Positions 23,441 to 38,300 of a DNA stretch of 64,000 nucleotides are shown piece by piece. How positions within the stretch are numbered: the first letter of the stretch is position 1; each line of letters begins with the position of its first letter. The DNA is from Eukaryota sp. TZLM1-RC (taxonomy: Eukaryota > Protista > Metamonada: BaSk clade): positions 248,001 through 312,000 of the forward strand of contig JAUPSS010000010.1 in the NCBI GenBank assembly GCA_040285825.1, read 5' to 3'. Under the pieces are notes generated by a model. The model was not told the origin of the DNA and did no database searches. It saw nothing but the letters and a program-made list of their open reading frames with translations. The position numbers and the translations under genes are program-made.

Positions 23441-23499
23441 GCATAGTGTAGCGTGTTTGAATACTTTTCTTTCTAATATTTTTTTATTTTGAAACGCAA

Positions 23500-24425
23500 A
23501 CAAAACAACTAAACAAAAAACTAGAACTCAATATCCTCAATACACGCATCAACATCATCAAACCTCTTCAATACGCCATTTTCATATTCTATTCCTAATT
23601 GTAGCAGTGCTTTGGTTATCATTTCGGGAATTGCATCAAGAATACTGAAAACAATTCTGTTGTGCCAGAAATTGAAGTTCAATTCTTTTCCTGCTCTTTC
23701 TTTTATTAAACTTCTGAAACCTTCGAGAACTTTAATGCCAGATATTCCAATGTTACCAAAAAGAGAAACAGCAAATGGAGCCAGCTGATACTTGACATGC
23801 TCAACACATCCTAGCTGAGATAAGGGTTCATTGTACTTTTTTTTTGATTTTGCTCTTTTCAGCAGAGCAAAGTGGAGTTTCATATTTTTTGGCAAAATCA
23901 ATTGCTGAGTCTTTACAAACATCAACAGTGACAACATCAACAACTTAGATCACACCATCAGACCCAGGGGTAATTAAATCAGCACGGCGTTTCCCAAAAG
24001 TATTTTCGTCTTCATTTTCAGATAACATTCGCACAAGTGGTTCAACAAAAGCTTCAATGTGATGACTTTTGCACACAGCGTAAAGTTGGTCTCTAACAGC
24101 ATCGTGAACAACTGAGCGATATGTAATATTAAATTTGCAATTAAATAAATGATTCAGATTGATGAGCTGACCACAACGACAAATCAAATCATTTGGCACA
24201 CTACATGGCCATAGAAAACACCTCATCCTGAAGGCAATTGTCCATTGATGATCATTTAATAATAAGCCATATACATTTGGAATCTGGGAAATGAGACAAC
24301 TTGAGCTACTTTCCTTAAGATCAATTAGAAAGTTTGCAAAAACGGGATTCTTTTCTTTAGCCAAGCTAAGACGAACAGTGAAATCCAAGTTTTCAAAAAC
24401 TTTTAATATCTTTTTCTACAATTTA
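23500..24425 (-). mobile_element. 5'-truncated RLE non-LTR element 3' end
   Basis: CRCG...HLFNC...HDAVRD, KRRADL, FWHNRIVF, ACIEDIEF stop; same family as 51074-52413. Confidence 0.85.
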
Positions 24426-24933
24426 GCAATTTTTTCTCCCTCCCTTAGTCAACCCTCTCGTATTTCACTTTCTGTCACGGCGTCAAAGTCGTATTTTTTC
24501 TGTGTCAAAACGATGCCATTGGCTGATAGTGACTCTGATACTGATTGGAACGCCCAAGTAAAGATTCTACCAGTCAGATCAAGCTCATCTCCTTCACTCC
24601 TCCACTCTCCCCACAATACAAGCTATGCTCAAAATTTATCTCAAAAAAATTTCAATTCAAAAACTGATCATTGTACCAGAAAAAACACACAAAAACCACA
24701 ATTGCGTTCCTTACGTTCTGTTTTGCGCTCTATCAACAACTCCGTTTCTCGAAATTTGTTTTCCCCACCTCAAATTGGAAAAAGTCATAAATCTACCACC
24801 GACAACAATTATGGCTCAACTAACAGAATTCATCATGGCTCGCATGTTGTGATAGATTGGCTTTATTCCAAGAATGCAAACAAGATTACTATAAACAACA
24901 ACAATGCAAAGCAATATTCTAAATAAGTGATCA

Positions 24934-25629
24934 CTAACAGAATGAAGGTAGATTCTCACTATTTACGGGTTCATGAGCACGTACATTGTAAAACTCAGTA
25001 ATACTTGAAAGTATCGAGTTAAAATAACGTGGTAGAGCCTTAAAGAGTGAAAAAACAATTCTGTTCTTCCAAATAAGTTGATCAAAAGAACATCCTGAGT
25101 CTTTTAAGAAACTGTCTAAATCATTCAAGAAAGATAGTCCTTTCCTGCCTAAAGTACCAAAAATAGAAATTCCAATTGGAACAAAAACGATGTTTCTGAT
25201 CCGTTGTTTGTTCAAACGTACAAGTAAATCATTATACTTCGAGTGCTTGCTCCTTTCTGCATTCTTGAGGGTTGATTCAATGTCCAAAGACGAAGACAAC
25301 TTCCAAGGAGAAACAGTTGTACAATCAATAATGAATTCCTGGCCACTATGCCAAGCACATTGAATGTCACCTCTTTTTTGACTTTGAGCAAGCTGCATTT
25401 CATCAAAAACTGGTTCTAGTCGTACTGGATGATGGGCACTCTTCAACAAATCATAAATGCAATCGCGAACGGCATTGTGAATTATCGACCTCTTCTGAGT
25501 GAACTTCCTACAAGATAAGACATGAGTATAGGAAGCAACTGCTCCACATTTACAACGAATATTTGTTAAACACTGAGGGGGAGGTAAGTTCAAACGTAGT
25601 CTCATGTTGTTGTTTGTTCTTCTATTCAA
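24934..25629 (-). mobile_element. RLE non-LTR 3' end with uninterrupted CCHC plus restriction-like endonuclease ORF (divergent family)
   Basis: CKCG...HVLSC...HNAVRD, KRGDI, IIDCT, KHSKY, WKNRIVF. Confidence 0.8.
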
Positions 25630-26573
25630 ACAAAAAAATTAGTTGCTGAAAATTCGCAAGAACAAAAAGAAAAAATAGTTCCTTTAAATCTTGGATCACA
25701 ATCAAAATGTTTGAAAGGTTCTAAAAAATGTTCGATTTGTGGTATCAGTAATCATAAATCTGAACATGCCCTGAAAAACAAAATAGTGAAATTGAATTAA
25801 AATCTGCTCAACAAATCCTCCAATGTTCCATTCCAGTTGATGCCGACCTAAATTGTGCTGAAAAAAATGATTCTGACGATCTTCCTTTAAATGCTTCTGG
25901 TGCTCACTCTCATTCCCCTTCTGAAAACAATAATTTTTGTTGTCCATTTCGCAAAAAAGATGTTACAGATTCAAGAAATGAAAACTTTTGTTTTGCACGA
26001 ATTGTAAAACTGCTGCTACTGTTAGACCTCCAATTCAGATTCCAGTAGAAATTAGCCCCGCAAGTACAATTCCCTTCTCAATGGAAATGCGAAGTTTTAC
26101 TTCTGAATTAAAAAATAATAAGTGGAATATTTCATTTTTCTGGAAATATTTTGCTAAAAAAACAAAAAATGTTTTAAAACAAAATTTTGGAATAAGAAAA
26201 TTGTAAAATCAAAAGTTATCCGAATGTTCTGCTTACGTCGTCGTTATAGAGCTGCAAAACAGTCCTTGTTTTCCTCTTCTTTGGCTGATGCAAATTCTGA
26301 AACTCTTGAAAAACTTCAAAAGTTTTATTCTCAAAAAAATTTCAAGTGCAGCAAGCCTGGTGTTTGTCCTTTTTACGTTGATGATGCCTGTTAAAAAGGC
26401 ATGTGCCACTGTCTGGACATTAGAAGAGTGAATACTCCACTTGGGTCAATCACATCTTCGATCCTTGTTGATACATTTGAAATAAACATAATAATTTATT
26501 TAAATGAATCCCACATAAAAACAAAAATAAACTAAGAAAACCATAAACTAAAATAAAATGTTGATTGAAAAAA

Positions 26574-27554
26574 TTACTCCAATTTACCTTCACAATATCA
26601 TCGTCAGAACCTTCTAAAGGAATTTTAGTTCGTCGCTCTTCAAGTTTTAATTTACTGTAAGAAATAGATCCGACAATTGCCAGTAATAACCCAAATAAAT
26701 TAAATAAAGTTAAAGAAGCATCACCAAAGACATTAAATAAGCCAAAAACTGTTTGGAGAATTGTTTTAATTTGTCCTGTAATTGAAGTAGCTAATCTGTA
26801 ATTCAGTAGCTGAATTATATTGAGTATTTAGGAATATCGTATAATTCAATAACAAACCCATAACTGATGACCCAATTAATACCAACCAAAACCCAAACGA
26901 ACTATAAGATTTAACAGAATAAAAAAATGTGTAAAATGATCCAGAAAAAAGGTTCAAAATTAAAACAAAGAATATTGATATTAAATTATTATAAAATAAA
27001 AGTTCAGTGGTGGAAAGTCTTTCAACTTTTCCCAATTTACTGAATGTAAATATAATGCAGTAGCGAAACAGTTAAATAAACAAACTGCATAACCTAAAGG
27101 GGAAAAATAAAGATCACCAACAGAACAAAAAACGGCACCAGATACCATTAGCAGAATGGAATCTAGTTGTGGTGGGGGAGGAAGCTTACCAGAGGTCCTA
27201 AACCTTTAGAACAACAAGAACAATGATAAGAGTGGAGAATCTTCGAAGAGTCGAAAAGACAGCAATGTTAATCAATCTCAAAGACCAAAGACCGGTAACG
27301 ACCATAGCAAGAAAAGAAAGAGCTAGAGGTAGAACTGACAGAAAGACTGGCCATTTGAGTCGACGTATCTTAATAAACCGGGTGAGGTGAAGAAAAGGGA
27401 GAACAAGCATGGAAAAGGTCATCTGCAAGAGTGTAAGGATGAGAGAAGGTACATTATATCCAGCTAGTGTGTACTTGTTGAAAATGGTGATGGCAAGTGA
27501 AGCTGAACCATATAGAAAGCAAAAGAAGAGACTCAAGGAAGGGTGGTTGACCAT
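26574..27554 (-). pseudogene. SLC35D-like (TPT/EamA family) nucleotide-sugar transporter with three frameshifts
   Basis: TIFNKYTL, LTLLQM, FSTLRRFST, GDLYFSPLGY, LLFYNNL, NYTIFLNTQYNSA and TSITGQIKTILQT lie in shifting frames; breaks near 27200, 27040 and 26800. Confidence 0.75.
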
Positions 27555-27689
27555 CAAAGAACAGACTTGTAAATTAAAAGTTGTAATCCATCTTAAAGAA
27601 ACACTTAAAACCTAAGTTACCGAGTGCGAAGATCTTTTGATTGAACTCGGTGACTGTGCACAGAGTGTGTCAATTATGTTTTAAAAAGA

Positions 27690-29373
27690 TTTTTGTATTT
27701 ATTGAATTTGCACACTTAATTAAATTAACTCATAACTAATGGGACGACTATCATTGAACCAAGATTTCCTCTACAAAATCTTGATCTGCTTGCTGTCTAG
27801 CTAAAGCTTCTCTTATTCAATTGAAAAACCGAGGTAATCTATTAATAATGGCAAATTGATTATGTGAACGCCATAAAAAATATCAAATCTTTTCATTGTT
27901 TTTTCTTGCACCATTTTTTGAAAGTCATTCAAAAAAGTTTCTGCTTCATCTGATAATCTTCCATTTATCGAAAATGGGAAAGCAATAAAAACCAGCTGTG
28001 CATTTCTATCGGCATTAGCCTCTTCAATATCTTTATCATATTTTTTATGTTTCTCTTTTGCTTTAAAATCAAGAGTAGTCACAGGATTAAGTTTTCTTCT
28101 GTGAACCAAAGTATCATTTGCAACATTACATGAGACAAAGTCAACAATAACTTCAGAATTATCAATCCAATCACAGTATACATCACCTCTATCATCAGAA
28201 CCAAAATTATTCAGAGAAAGTGTTTCCTTCATCAGGGGCTCTTTGATACACGATATTCTTGCAGTTTGTGCCATATTGAAAACAGTGTTTCTAACAGCAT
28301 CATGTAATGAAGAACGATAAGTTATCAATTTAGAGCAATTCAGAGCATGGCGCAAAGTGAATTGAGGGGAATTCGAACAAATACATTTTTCTTTTGATAA
28401 AAATTGATTAATGGGGATATTCAAATATAATCTCATTTTTGTTACAAATGCTTCATTTGTGGCACACAATCCAAATCTTCGTGGTACAATGGTTACAAAA
28501 AGTGAAGAATCTGATGACTTGTTTTCACAAACACCCTTTTCCAATAACAATGAGTGGAGATCTTGATTTAAAACAGCCGAGCTGCATATATTACATTTCA
28601 GATGGAAGCTTGATTTTTAATGTTAAAATTTTGTTGAAAAAGAAAACCAAATCATCAATGTATTCAGGACATTGGTTCACCGTGGATTTTAACATGTCAA
28701 AAGTGATCATTGATGGACCAGGCGCTTTTCCAGATGGTGAGTGGTTAATCAATTTAAATATGTGGTTAAATCGAATTGTTTTTACCATTTTCAAATCAAT
28801 TCCTAAAATGATTTCGAAAGCTTTGATGTTTGTCAGTGCACATTACGAAGACATTGCTGATGTAAGGTTTAATAGTGTGGAAGCTTGTTTTGAAGATATT
28901 GACTTTTAGACTGTGCTTTGGAAAATAAATTAAAATTATCAAAATTGTTTTTAATTCAAGTACTTCGAATTATATTTTTAATTTACATTTTAAAAACGCT
29001 TTCAATGCAGTGAAGAGGTCGTCAATCTTGCCCTTGCTTCAAACTCATTTTCCAGAAGCTGAGTCGTTCTTTTACAATTTTTATGGCTCACAGTCGACTC
29101 TTGTATATGAGGAATTCAATCTAATATCATCATCTGGTGTCAAACAAGGTGATCCATTAGGTCCTTTCTTTTTCTGCCTTGCTATCCATCCTTTAATGTG
29201 TGAATTAAAACAAGAATTTCCAAATGTTCATATAACTGCTTATATGGATGACATATCAATAATTGGTCCAATTGATTCATTGAGAACATTTGCTGAAATT
29301 GTTCAACAGCGCTATTATCAAATTGGTCTTTCTCTAAATATTTCCAAATGTTTATTGATTGGTAGAGAGCCTG
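27690..29373. mobile_element. Patchwork of RLE non-LTR fragments: 27690-28745 (-), 28745-28930 (+, 3' end), 28985-29373 (+, RT core)
   Basis: HDAVRN/DDRGDVYCD, KAPGP RT N-terminus, WLNRIVF...EDIDF, GVKQGDPLGP...AYMDDI. Confidence 0.8.
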
Positions 29374-32300
29374 TGATGCCGTTAGGCAGAAATACCAAAG
29401 ATGAAAAGAAGAAAAGAGAGCTTTATTAATTAAAATACTTGTTCTTGAACAAGTGCCACGTCATCATGTGAATTCCTCATCTGTTTACCAAGTTAGTTTA
29501 TCAGTAACAACAACACTACTTCTTCCCATTTTCTTTCAACAGTTTCGTAAACCATTTAGCATAATGAAGATAGGGGATTTGTGAAATACTGAGGCACGTG
29601 GTGTAGATGATTTACTTCGTGCTTAACATTTGAGGGGCAATCACGAGCTAGATGACCTTTCTGATAACATTTAAAACATGTCCCGTCAGTCAATTTGCGA
29701 CACGTATGGGATGAACGAAACTTCATGCCAGCTTGATGCACAGAGTCAGTATTTTCAAGAACAGTCTTTAAAGACCTGTTCCAAGAAGCTACTCGCGTGC
29801 AATCATGTAGTTCATCCTTTGCGGTATTTACCAATATAGGAAAATCGGGGAATACCTCGTCCCGAATTCGAGAAATCAGAAATTTCTGCAATCCTAATAA
29901 AAAAAATATTCGTGGCGAATCTGATCATTAAGGTTGAGTCAGGCATTTTGAGTCCGGAAGCCCTGCTTTTGCCTGAAAAAACCTCCCAGGTAGCAGGATA
30001 TACGTTCACGAACGTCGCCCTTACGGACCTCAAATTTCAACTTAGACATCACCAAGTTGAATCCCTCGTACGAGGAAAACGAAGTGGGGGATCTTAAATG
30101 ATCCAGCAAAATTTCATTGGATGAATCGACCCCAGTTATTGTGAGAACCAATGATTCTAACAAGAAGGGGTCAACGAGGAGCCTTGCTGGAACAAACTTT
30201 TTCTTCAAAGTAGCAGAAGAGTACACCTTCCACTGTTGTAGGAACAACAGAACATCATCCACTTCCATAGAAGCAAGGGACGAATGTGGTAATTGTGTAG
30301 ATAACTTCTGCAATGAGGACCAATAATTACTGATGCCGTTAGGCAGAAATACCAAAGATGAAAAGAAGAAAAGAGAGCGTTATTTATAAAAATACTTGTT
30401 TTTGAACAAGTGCCACGTCATCATGTGAATTTATGTCTGTCTACTAAGTTAATGTATCAGTAACAACAAAACTACTTCTTCCCATTTCATTTCAACAGTT
30501 TCGTAAACCATTTAGCATAATGAAGATATGCGATTTGTGAGATATTGAGGCACGTGGTGTAAATGATTTACTTCGTGCTTAACGTTTGAGGGGCAATGAC
30601 GAGCTAGATGGCCTTTCTGATAACATTTAAAACATGTCCCGTCAGTCAATTTGCGACACGTATGGGATGAACGAAACTTCATGCCAGCTTAATGCACAGA
30701 GTCAGTATTTTCAGAAACAGTCTTTCAAGACCTGTTCCAAGAAGCTACTCGCGTGCAATCATGTAGTTCATCCTTTGCGGTATTTACCAATATAGGAAAA
30801 TCGGGGAATACCTCGTCCCGAATTCGAGAAATCACAAATTTCTGCAATCCTAATAAAAAAATACCCGTGGCGAATCTGATCATTAAGGTTGAGTCAGGCA
30901 TTTTGAGTCCGGAAGCCCTGCTTTTGCCTGAAAAAAACCTCCCAGGTAGCAGGATATACGTTCACGAACGTCGCCCTTACGGACATCAAATTTCAACTTA
31001 GACATCACCAAGTTGAATTCCTCGTACGAAAAAAACGAAGTGGGGGATCTTAAATGATCCAGAAAAATTTCATTGGATGAATCGACCCCAGTTATTGTGA
31101 GAACCAATGATTCTAACAAGAAGGGGTCAACGAGGAGCCTTGCTGGAACAAACTTTTTCTTCAAAGTAGCAGAAGAGTACACCTTCCACTGTTGTAGGAA
31201 CAACAGAACATCATCCACTTCCATAGAAGCAAGGGACGAATGTGGTAATTGTGTAGATCACTTCTGCAATGAGGACCAATAATTACTGATGCCGTTAGGC
31301 AGAAATACCAAAGATGAAAAGAAGGAAAGAGAGCGTTATTTATAAAAATACTTGTTTTTGAACAAGTGCCACGTCATCATGTGAATTTATGTCTGTCTAC
31401 TAGGTTAATGTATCAGTAACAACAAAACTACTTCTTCCCATTTCCTTTCAACAGTTTCGTAAACCATTTAGCATAATGAAGATATGCGATTTGTGAGATA
31501 TTGAGGCACGTGGTGTAAATGATTTACTTCGTGCTTAACGTTTGAGGGGCAATGACGAGCTAGATGGCCTTTCTGATAACATTTAAAACATGTCCCGTCA
31601 GTCAATTTGCGACACGTATGGGATGAACGAAACTTCATGCCAGCTTGATGCACAGAGTCAGTATTTTCAGAAACAGTCTTTAGAGACCTGTTCCAAGAAG
31701 CTACTCGCGTGCAATCATGTAGTTCATCCTTTGCGGTATTTACCAATATAGGAAAATCGGGGAATACCTCGTCCCGAATTCGAGAAATCAGAAATTTCTG
31801 CAATCCTAATAAAAAAAATACCCGTGGCGAATCTGATCATTAAGGTTGAGTCAGGCATTTTGAGTCCGGAAGCCCTGCTTTTGCCTGAAAAAAACCTCCC
31901 AGGTAGCAGGATATACGTTCACGAACGTCGCCCTTACGGACATCAAATTTCAACTTAGACATCACCAAGTTGAATTCCTCGTACGAAAAAAACGAAGTGG
32001 GGGATCTTAAATGATCCAGAAAAATTTCATTGGATGAATCGACCCCAGTTATTGTGAGAACCAATGATTCTAACAAGAAGGGGTCAATGAGGAGCCTTGC
32101 TGGAACAAACTTTTTCTTCAAAGTAGCAGAAGAGTACACCTTCCACTGTTGTAGGAACAACAGAACATCATCCACTTCCATAGAAGCAAGGGACGAATGT
32201 GGTAATTGTGTAGATCACTTCTGCAATGAGGACCAATAATTACTGATGCCGTTAGGCAGAAATACCAAAGATGAAAAGAAGAAAAGAGAGCGTTATTTAT

Positions 32301-35300
32301 AAAAATACTTGTTTTTGAACAAGTGCCACGTCATCATGTGAATTTATGTCTGTCTACTAGGTTAATGTATCAGTAACAACAAAACTACTTCTTCCCATTT
32401 CCTTTCAACAGTTTCGTAAACCATTTAGCATAATGAAGATATGCGATTTGTGAGATATTGAGGCACGTGGTGTAAATGATTTACTTCGTGCTTAACGTTT
32501 GAGGGGCAATGACGAGCTAGATGGCCTTTCTGATAACATTTAAAACATGTCACGTCAGTCAATTTGCGACACGTATGGGATGTACGAAACTTCATGCCAG
32601 CTTGATGCACAGAGTCAGTATTTTCAGAAACAGTCTTTAGAGACCTGTTCCAAGAAGCTACTCGCGTGCAATCATGTAGTTCATCCTTTGCGGTATTTAC
32701 CAATATAGGAAAATCGGGGAATACCTCGTCCCGAATTCGAGAAATCAGAAATTTCTGCAATCCTAATAAAAAAAATACCCGTGGCGAATCTGATCATTAA
32801 GGTTGAGTCAGGCATTTTGAGTCCGGAAGCCCTGCTTTTGCCTGAAAAAAACCTCCCAGGTAGCAGGATATACGTTCACGAACGTCGCCCTTACGGACAT
32901 CAAATTTCAACTTAGACATCACCAAGTTGAATTCCTCGTACGAAAAAAACGAAGTGGGGGATCTTAAATGATCCAGAAAAATTTCATTGGATGAATCGAC
33001 CCCAGTTATTGTGAGAACCAATGATTCTAACAAGAAGGGGTCAACGAGGAGCCTTGCTGGAACAAACTTTTTTTCTTCAAAGTAGCAGAAGAGTACACCT
33101 TCCACTGTTGTAGGAACAACAGAACATCATCCACTTCCATAGAAGCAAGGGACGAATGTGGTAATTGTGTAGATCACTTCTGCAATGAGGACCAATAATT
33201 ACTGATGCCGTTAGGCAGAAATACCAAAGATGAAAAGAAGGAAAGAGAGCGTTATTTATAAAAATACTTGTTTTTGAACAAGTGCCACGTCATCATGTGA
33301 ATTTATGTCTGTCTACTAGGTTAATGTATCAGTAACAACAAAACTACTTCTTCCCATTTCCTTTCAACAGTTTCGTAAACCATTTAGCATAATGAAGATA
33401 TGCGATTTGTGAGATATTGAGGCACGTGGTGTAAATGATTTACTTCGTGCTTAACGTTTGAGGGGCAATGACGAGCTAGATGGCCTTTCTGATAACATTT
33501 AAAACATGTCCCGTCAGTCAATTTGCGACACGTATGGGATGAACGAAACTTCATGCCAGCTTGATGCACAGAGTCAGTATTTTCAAAAACAGTCTTTCAA
33601 GACCTGTTCCAAGAAGCTACTCGCGTGCAATCATGTAGTTCATCCTTTGCGGTATTTACCAATATAGGAAAATCGGGGAATACCTCGTCCCGAATTCGAG
33701 AAATCACAAATTTCTGCAATCCTAATAAAAAAAATACCCGTGGCGAATCTGATCATTAAGGTTGAGTCAGGCATTTTGAGTCCGGAAGCCCTGCTTTTGC
33801 CTGAAAAAAACCTCCCAGGTAGCAGGATATACGTTCACGAACGTCGCCCTTACGGACATCAAATTTCAACTTAGACATCACCAAGTTGAATTCCTCGTAC
33901 GAAAAAAACGAAGTGGGGGATCTTAAATGATCCAGAAAAATTTCATTGGATGAATCGACCCCAGTTATTGTGAGAACCAATGATTCTAACAAGAAGGGGT
34001 CAACGAGGAGCCTTGCTGGAACAAACTTTTTCTTCAAAGTAGCAGAAGAGTACACCTTCCACTGTTGTAGGAACAACAGAACATCATCCACTTCCATAGA
34101 AGCAAGGGACGAATGTGGTAATTGTGTAGATCACTTCTGCAATGAGGACCAATAATTACTGATGCCGCTAGGCAGAAATACCAAAGATGAAAAGAAGGAA
34201 AGAGAGCGTTATTTATAAAAATACTTGTTTTTGAACAAGTGCCACGTCATCATGTGAATTTATGTCTGTCTACTAGGTTAATGTATCAGTAACAACAAAA
34301 CTACTTCTTCCCATTTCCTTTCAACAGTTTCGTAAACCATTTAGCATAATGAAGATATGCGATTTGTGAGATATTGAGGCACGTGGTGTAAATGATTTAC
34401 TTCGTGCTTAACGTTTGAGGGGCAATGACGAGCTAGATGGCCTTTCTGATAACATTTAAAAACATGTCCCGTCAGTCAATTTGCGACATGTATGGGATGA
34501 ACGAAACTTCATGCCAGCTTGATGCACAGAGTCAGTATTTTCAAAAACAGTCTTTAGAGACCTGTTCCAAGAAGCTACTCGCGTGCAATCATGTAGTTCA
34601 TCCTTTGCGGTATTTACCAATATAGGAAAATCGGGGAATACCTCGTCCCGAATTCGAGAAATCACAAATTTCTGCAATCCTAATAAAAAAAATACCCGTG
34701 GCGAATCTGATCATTAAGGTTGAGTCAGGCATTTTGAGTCCGGAAGCCCTGCTTTTTGCCTGAAAAAAACCTCCCAGGTAGCAGGATATACGTTCACGAA
34801 CGTCGCCCTTACGGACATCAAATTTCAACTTAGACATCACCAAGTTGAATTCCTCGTACGAAAAAAACGAAGTGGGGGATCTTAAATGATCCAGAAAAAT
34901 TTCATTGGATGAATCGACCCCAGTTATTGTGAGAACCAATGATTCTAACAAGAAGGGGTCAACGAGGAGCCTTGCTGGAACAAACTTTTTCTTCAAAGTA
35001 GCAGAAGAGTACACCTTCCACTGTTGTAGGAACAACAGAACATCATCCACTTCCATAGAAGCAAGGGACGAATGTGGTAATTATGTAGATCACTTCTGCA
35101 ATGAGGACCAATAATTACTGATGCCGTTAGGCAGAAATACCAAAGATGAAAAGAAGGAAAGAGAGCGTTATTTATAAAAATACTTGTTTTTGAACAAGTG
35201 CCACGTCATCATGTGAATTTATGTCTGTCTACTAGGTTAATGTATCAGTAACAACAAAACTACTTCTTCCCATTTCCTTTCAACAGTTTCGTAAACCATT

Positions 35301-38300
35301 TAGCATAATGAAGATATGCGATTTGTGAGATATTGAGGCACGTGGTGTAAATGATTTACTTCGTGCTTAACGTTTGAGGGGCAATGACGAGCTAGATGGC
35401 CTTTCTGATAACATTTAAAACATGTCCCGTCAGTCAATTTGCGACATGTATGGGATGAACGAAACTTCATGCCAGCTTGATGCACAGAGTCAGTATTTTC
35501 AAAAACAGTCTTTAGAGACCTGTTCCAAGAAGCTACTCGCGTGCAATCATGTAGTTCATCCTTTGCGGTATTTACCAATATAGGAAAATCGGGGAATACC
35601 TCGTCCCGAATTCGAGAAATCAGAAATTTCTGCAATCCTAATAAAAAAATACCCGTGGCGAATCTGATCATTAAGGTTGAGTCAGGCATTTTGAGTCCGG
35701 AAGCCCTGCTTTTGCCTGAAAAAAACCTCCCAGGTAGCAGGATATACGTTCACGAACGTCGCCCTTACGGACATCAAATTTCAACTTAGACATCACCAAG
35801 TTGAATTCCTCGTACGAAAAAAACGAAGTGGGGGATCTTAAATGATCCAGAAAAATTTCATTGGATGAATCGACCCCAGTTATTGTGAGAACCAATGATT
35901 CTAACAAGAAGGGGTCAACGAGGAGCCTTGCTGGAACAAACTTTTTCTTCAAAGTAGCAGAAGAGTACACCTTCCACTGTTGTAGGAACAACAGAACATC
36001 ATCCACTTCCATAGAAGCAAGGGACGAATGTGGTAATTGTGTAGATCACTTCTGCAATGAGGACCAATAATTACTGATGCCGTTAGGCAGAAATACCAAA
36101 GATGAAAAGAAGGAAAGAGAGCGTTATTTATAAAAATACTTGTTTTTGAACAAGTGCCACGTCATCATGTGAATTTATGTCTGTCTACTAGGTTAATGTA
36201 TCAGTAACAACAAAACTACTTCTTCCCATTTCCTTTCAACAGTTTCGTAAACCATTTAGCATAATGAAGATATGCGATTTGTGAGATATTGAGGCACGTG
36301 GTGTAAATGATTTACTTCGTGCTTAACGTTTGAGGGGCAATGACGAGCTAGATGGCCTTTCTGATAACATTTAAAACATGTCCCGTCAGTCAATTTGCGA
36401 CACGTATGGGATGAACGAAACTTCATGCCAGCTTGATGCACAGAGTCAGTATTTTCAAAAACAGTCTTTCAAGACCTGTTCCAAGAAGCTACTCGCGTGC
36501 AATCATGTAGTTCATCCTTTGCGGTATTTACCAATATAGGAAAATCGGGGAATACCTCGTCCCGAATTCGAGAAATCACAAATTTCTGCAATCCTAATAA
36601 AAAAAATACCCGTGGCGAATCTGATCATTAAGGTTGAGTCAGGCATTTTGAGTCCGGAAGCCCTGCTTTTGCCTGAAAAAACCTCCCAGGTAGCAGGATA
36701 TACGTTCACGAACGTCGCCCTTACGGACATCAAATTTCAACTTAGACATCACCAAGTTGAATTCCTCGTACGAAAAAAACGAAGTGGGGGATCTTAAATG
36801 ATCCAGAAAAATTTCATTGGATGAATCGACCCCAGTTATTGTGAGAACCAATGATTCTAACAAGAAGGGGTCAACGAGGAGCCTTGCTGGAACAAACTTT
36901 TTCTTCAAAGTAGCAGAAGAGTACACCTTCCACTGTTGTAGGAACAACAGAACATCATCCACTTCCATAGAAGCAAGGGACGAATGTGGTAATTGTGTAG
37001 ATCACTTCTGCAATGAGGACCAATAATTACTGATGCCGCTAGGCAGAAATACCAAAGATGAAAAGAAGGAAAGAGAGCGTTATTTATAAAAATACTTGTT
37101 TTTGAACAAGTGCCACGTCATCATGTGAATTTATGTCTGTCTACTAGGTTAATGTATCAGTAACAACAAAACTACTTCTTCCCATTTCCTTTCAACAGTT
37201 TCGTAAACCATTTAGCATAATGAAGATATGCGATTTGTGAGATATTGAGGCACGTGGTGTAAATGATTTACTTCGTGCTTAACGTTTGAGGGGCAATGAC
37301 GAGCTAGATGGCCTTTCTGATAACATTTAAAACATGTCCCGTCAGTCAATTTGCGACATGTATGGGATGAACGAAACTTCATGCCAGCTTGATGCACAGA
37401 GTCAGTATTTTCAAAAACAGTCTTTAGAGACCTGTTCCAAGAAGCTACTCGCGTGCAATCATGTAGTTCATCCTTTGCGGTATTTACCAATATAGGAAAA
37501 TCGGGGAATACCTCGTCCCGAATTCGAGAAATCACAAATTTCTGCAATCCTAATAAAAAAAATACCCGTGGCGAATCTGATCATTAAGGTTGAGTCAGGC
37601 ATTTTGAGTCCGGAAGCCCTGCTTTTGCCTGAAAAAAACCTCCCAGGTAGCAGGATATACGTTCACGAACGTCGCCCTTACGGACATCAAATTTCAACTT
37701 AGACATCACCAAGTTGAATTCCTCGTACGAAAAAAACGAAGTGGGGGATCTTAAATGATCCAGAAAAATTTCATTGGATGAATCGACCCCAGTTATTGTG
37801 AGAACCAATGATTCTAACAAGAAGGGGTCAACGAGGAGCCTTGCTGGAACAAACTTTTTCTTCAAAGTAGCAGAAGAGTACACCTTCCACTGTTGTAGGA
37901 ACAACAGAACATCATCCACTTCCATAGAAGCAAGGGACGAATGTGGTAATTGTGTAGATCACTTCTGCAATGAGGACCAATAATTACTGATGCCGTTAGG
38001 CAGAAATACCAAAGATGAAAAGAAGGAAAGAGAGCGTTATTTATAAAAATACTTGTTTTTGAACAAGTGCCACGTCATCATGTGAATTTATGTCTGTCTA
38101 CTAGGTTAATGTATCAGTAACAACAAAACTACTTCTTCCCATTTCCTTTCAACAGTTTCGTAAACCATTTAGCATAATGAAGATATGCGATTTGTGAGAT
38201 ATTGAGGCACGTGGTGTAAATGATTTACTTCGTGCTTAACGTTTGAGGGGCAATGACGAGCTAGATGGCCTTTCTGATAACATTTAAAACATGTCCCGTC

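Noticed and set aside
24934-25629. Stand-alone domesticated endonuclease gene
   Set aside because: Simply explained as a 5'-truncated RLE retrotransposon end among many similar fragments; no evidence of its own promoter or of selection.
30308-30330. GTAATT...TTGCAG 23-nt intron-like segment after each array LTR
   Set aside because: The sister subfamily has AT instead of GT at this position, and the donor does not match the host GTTTG pattern.
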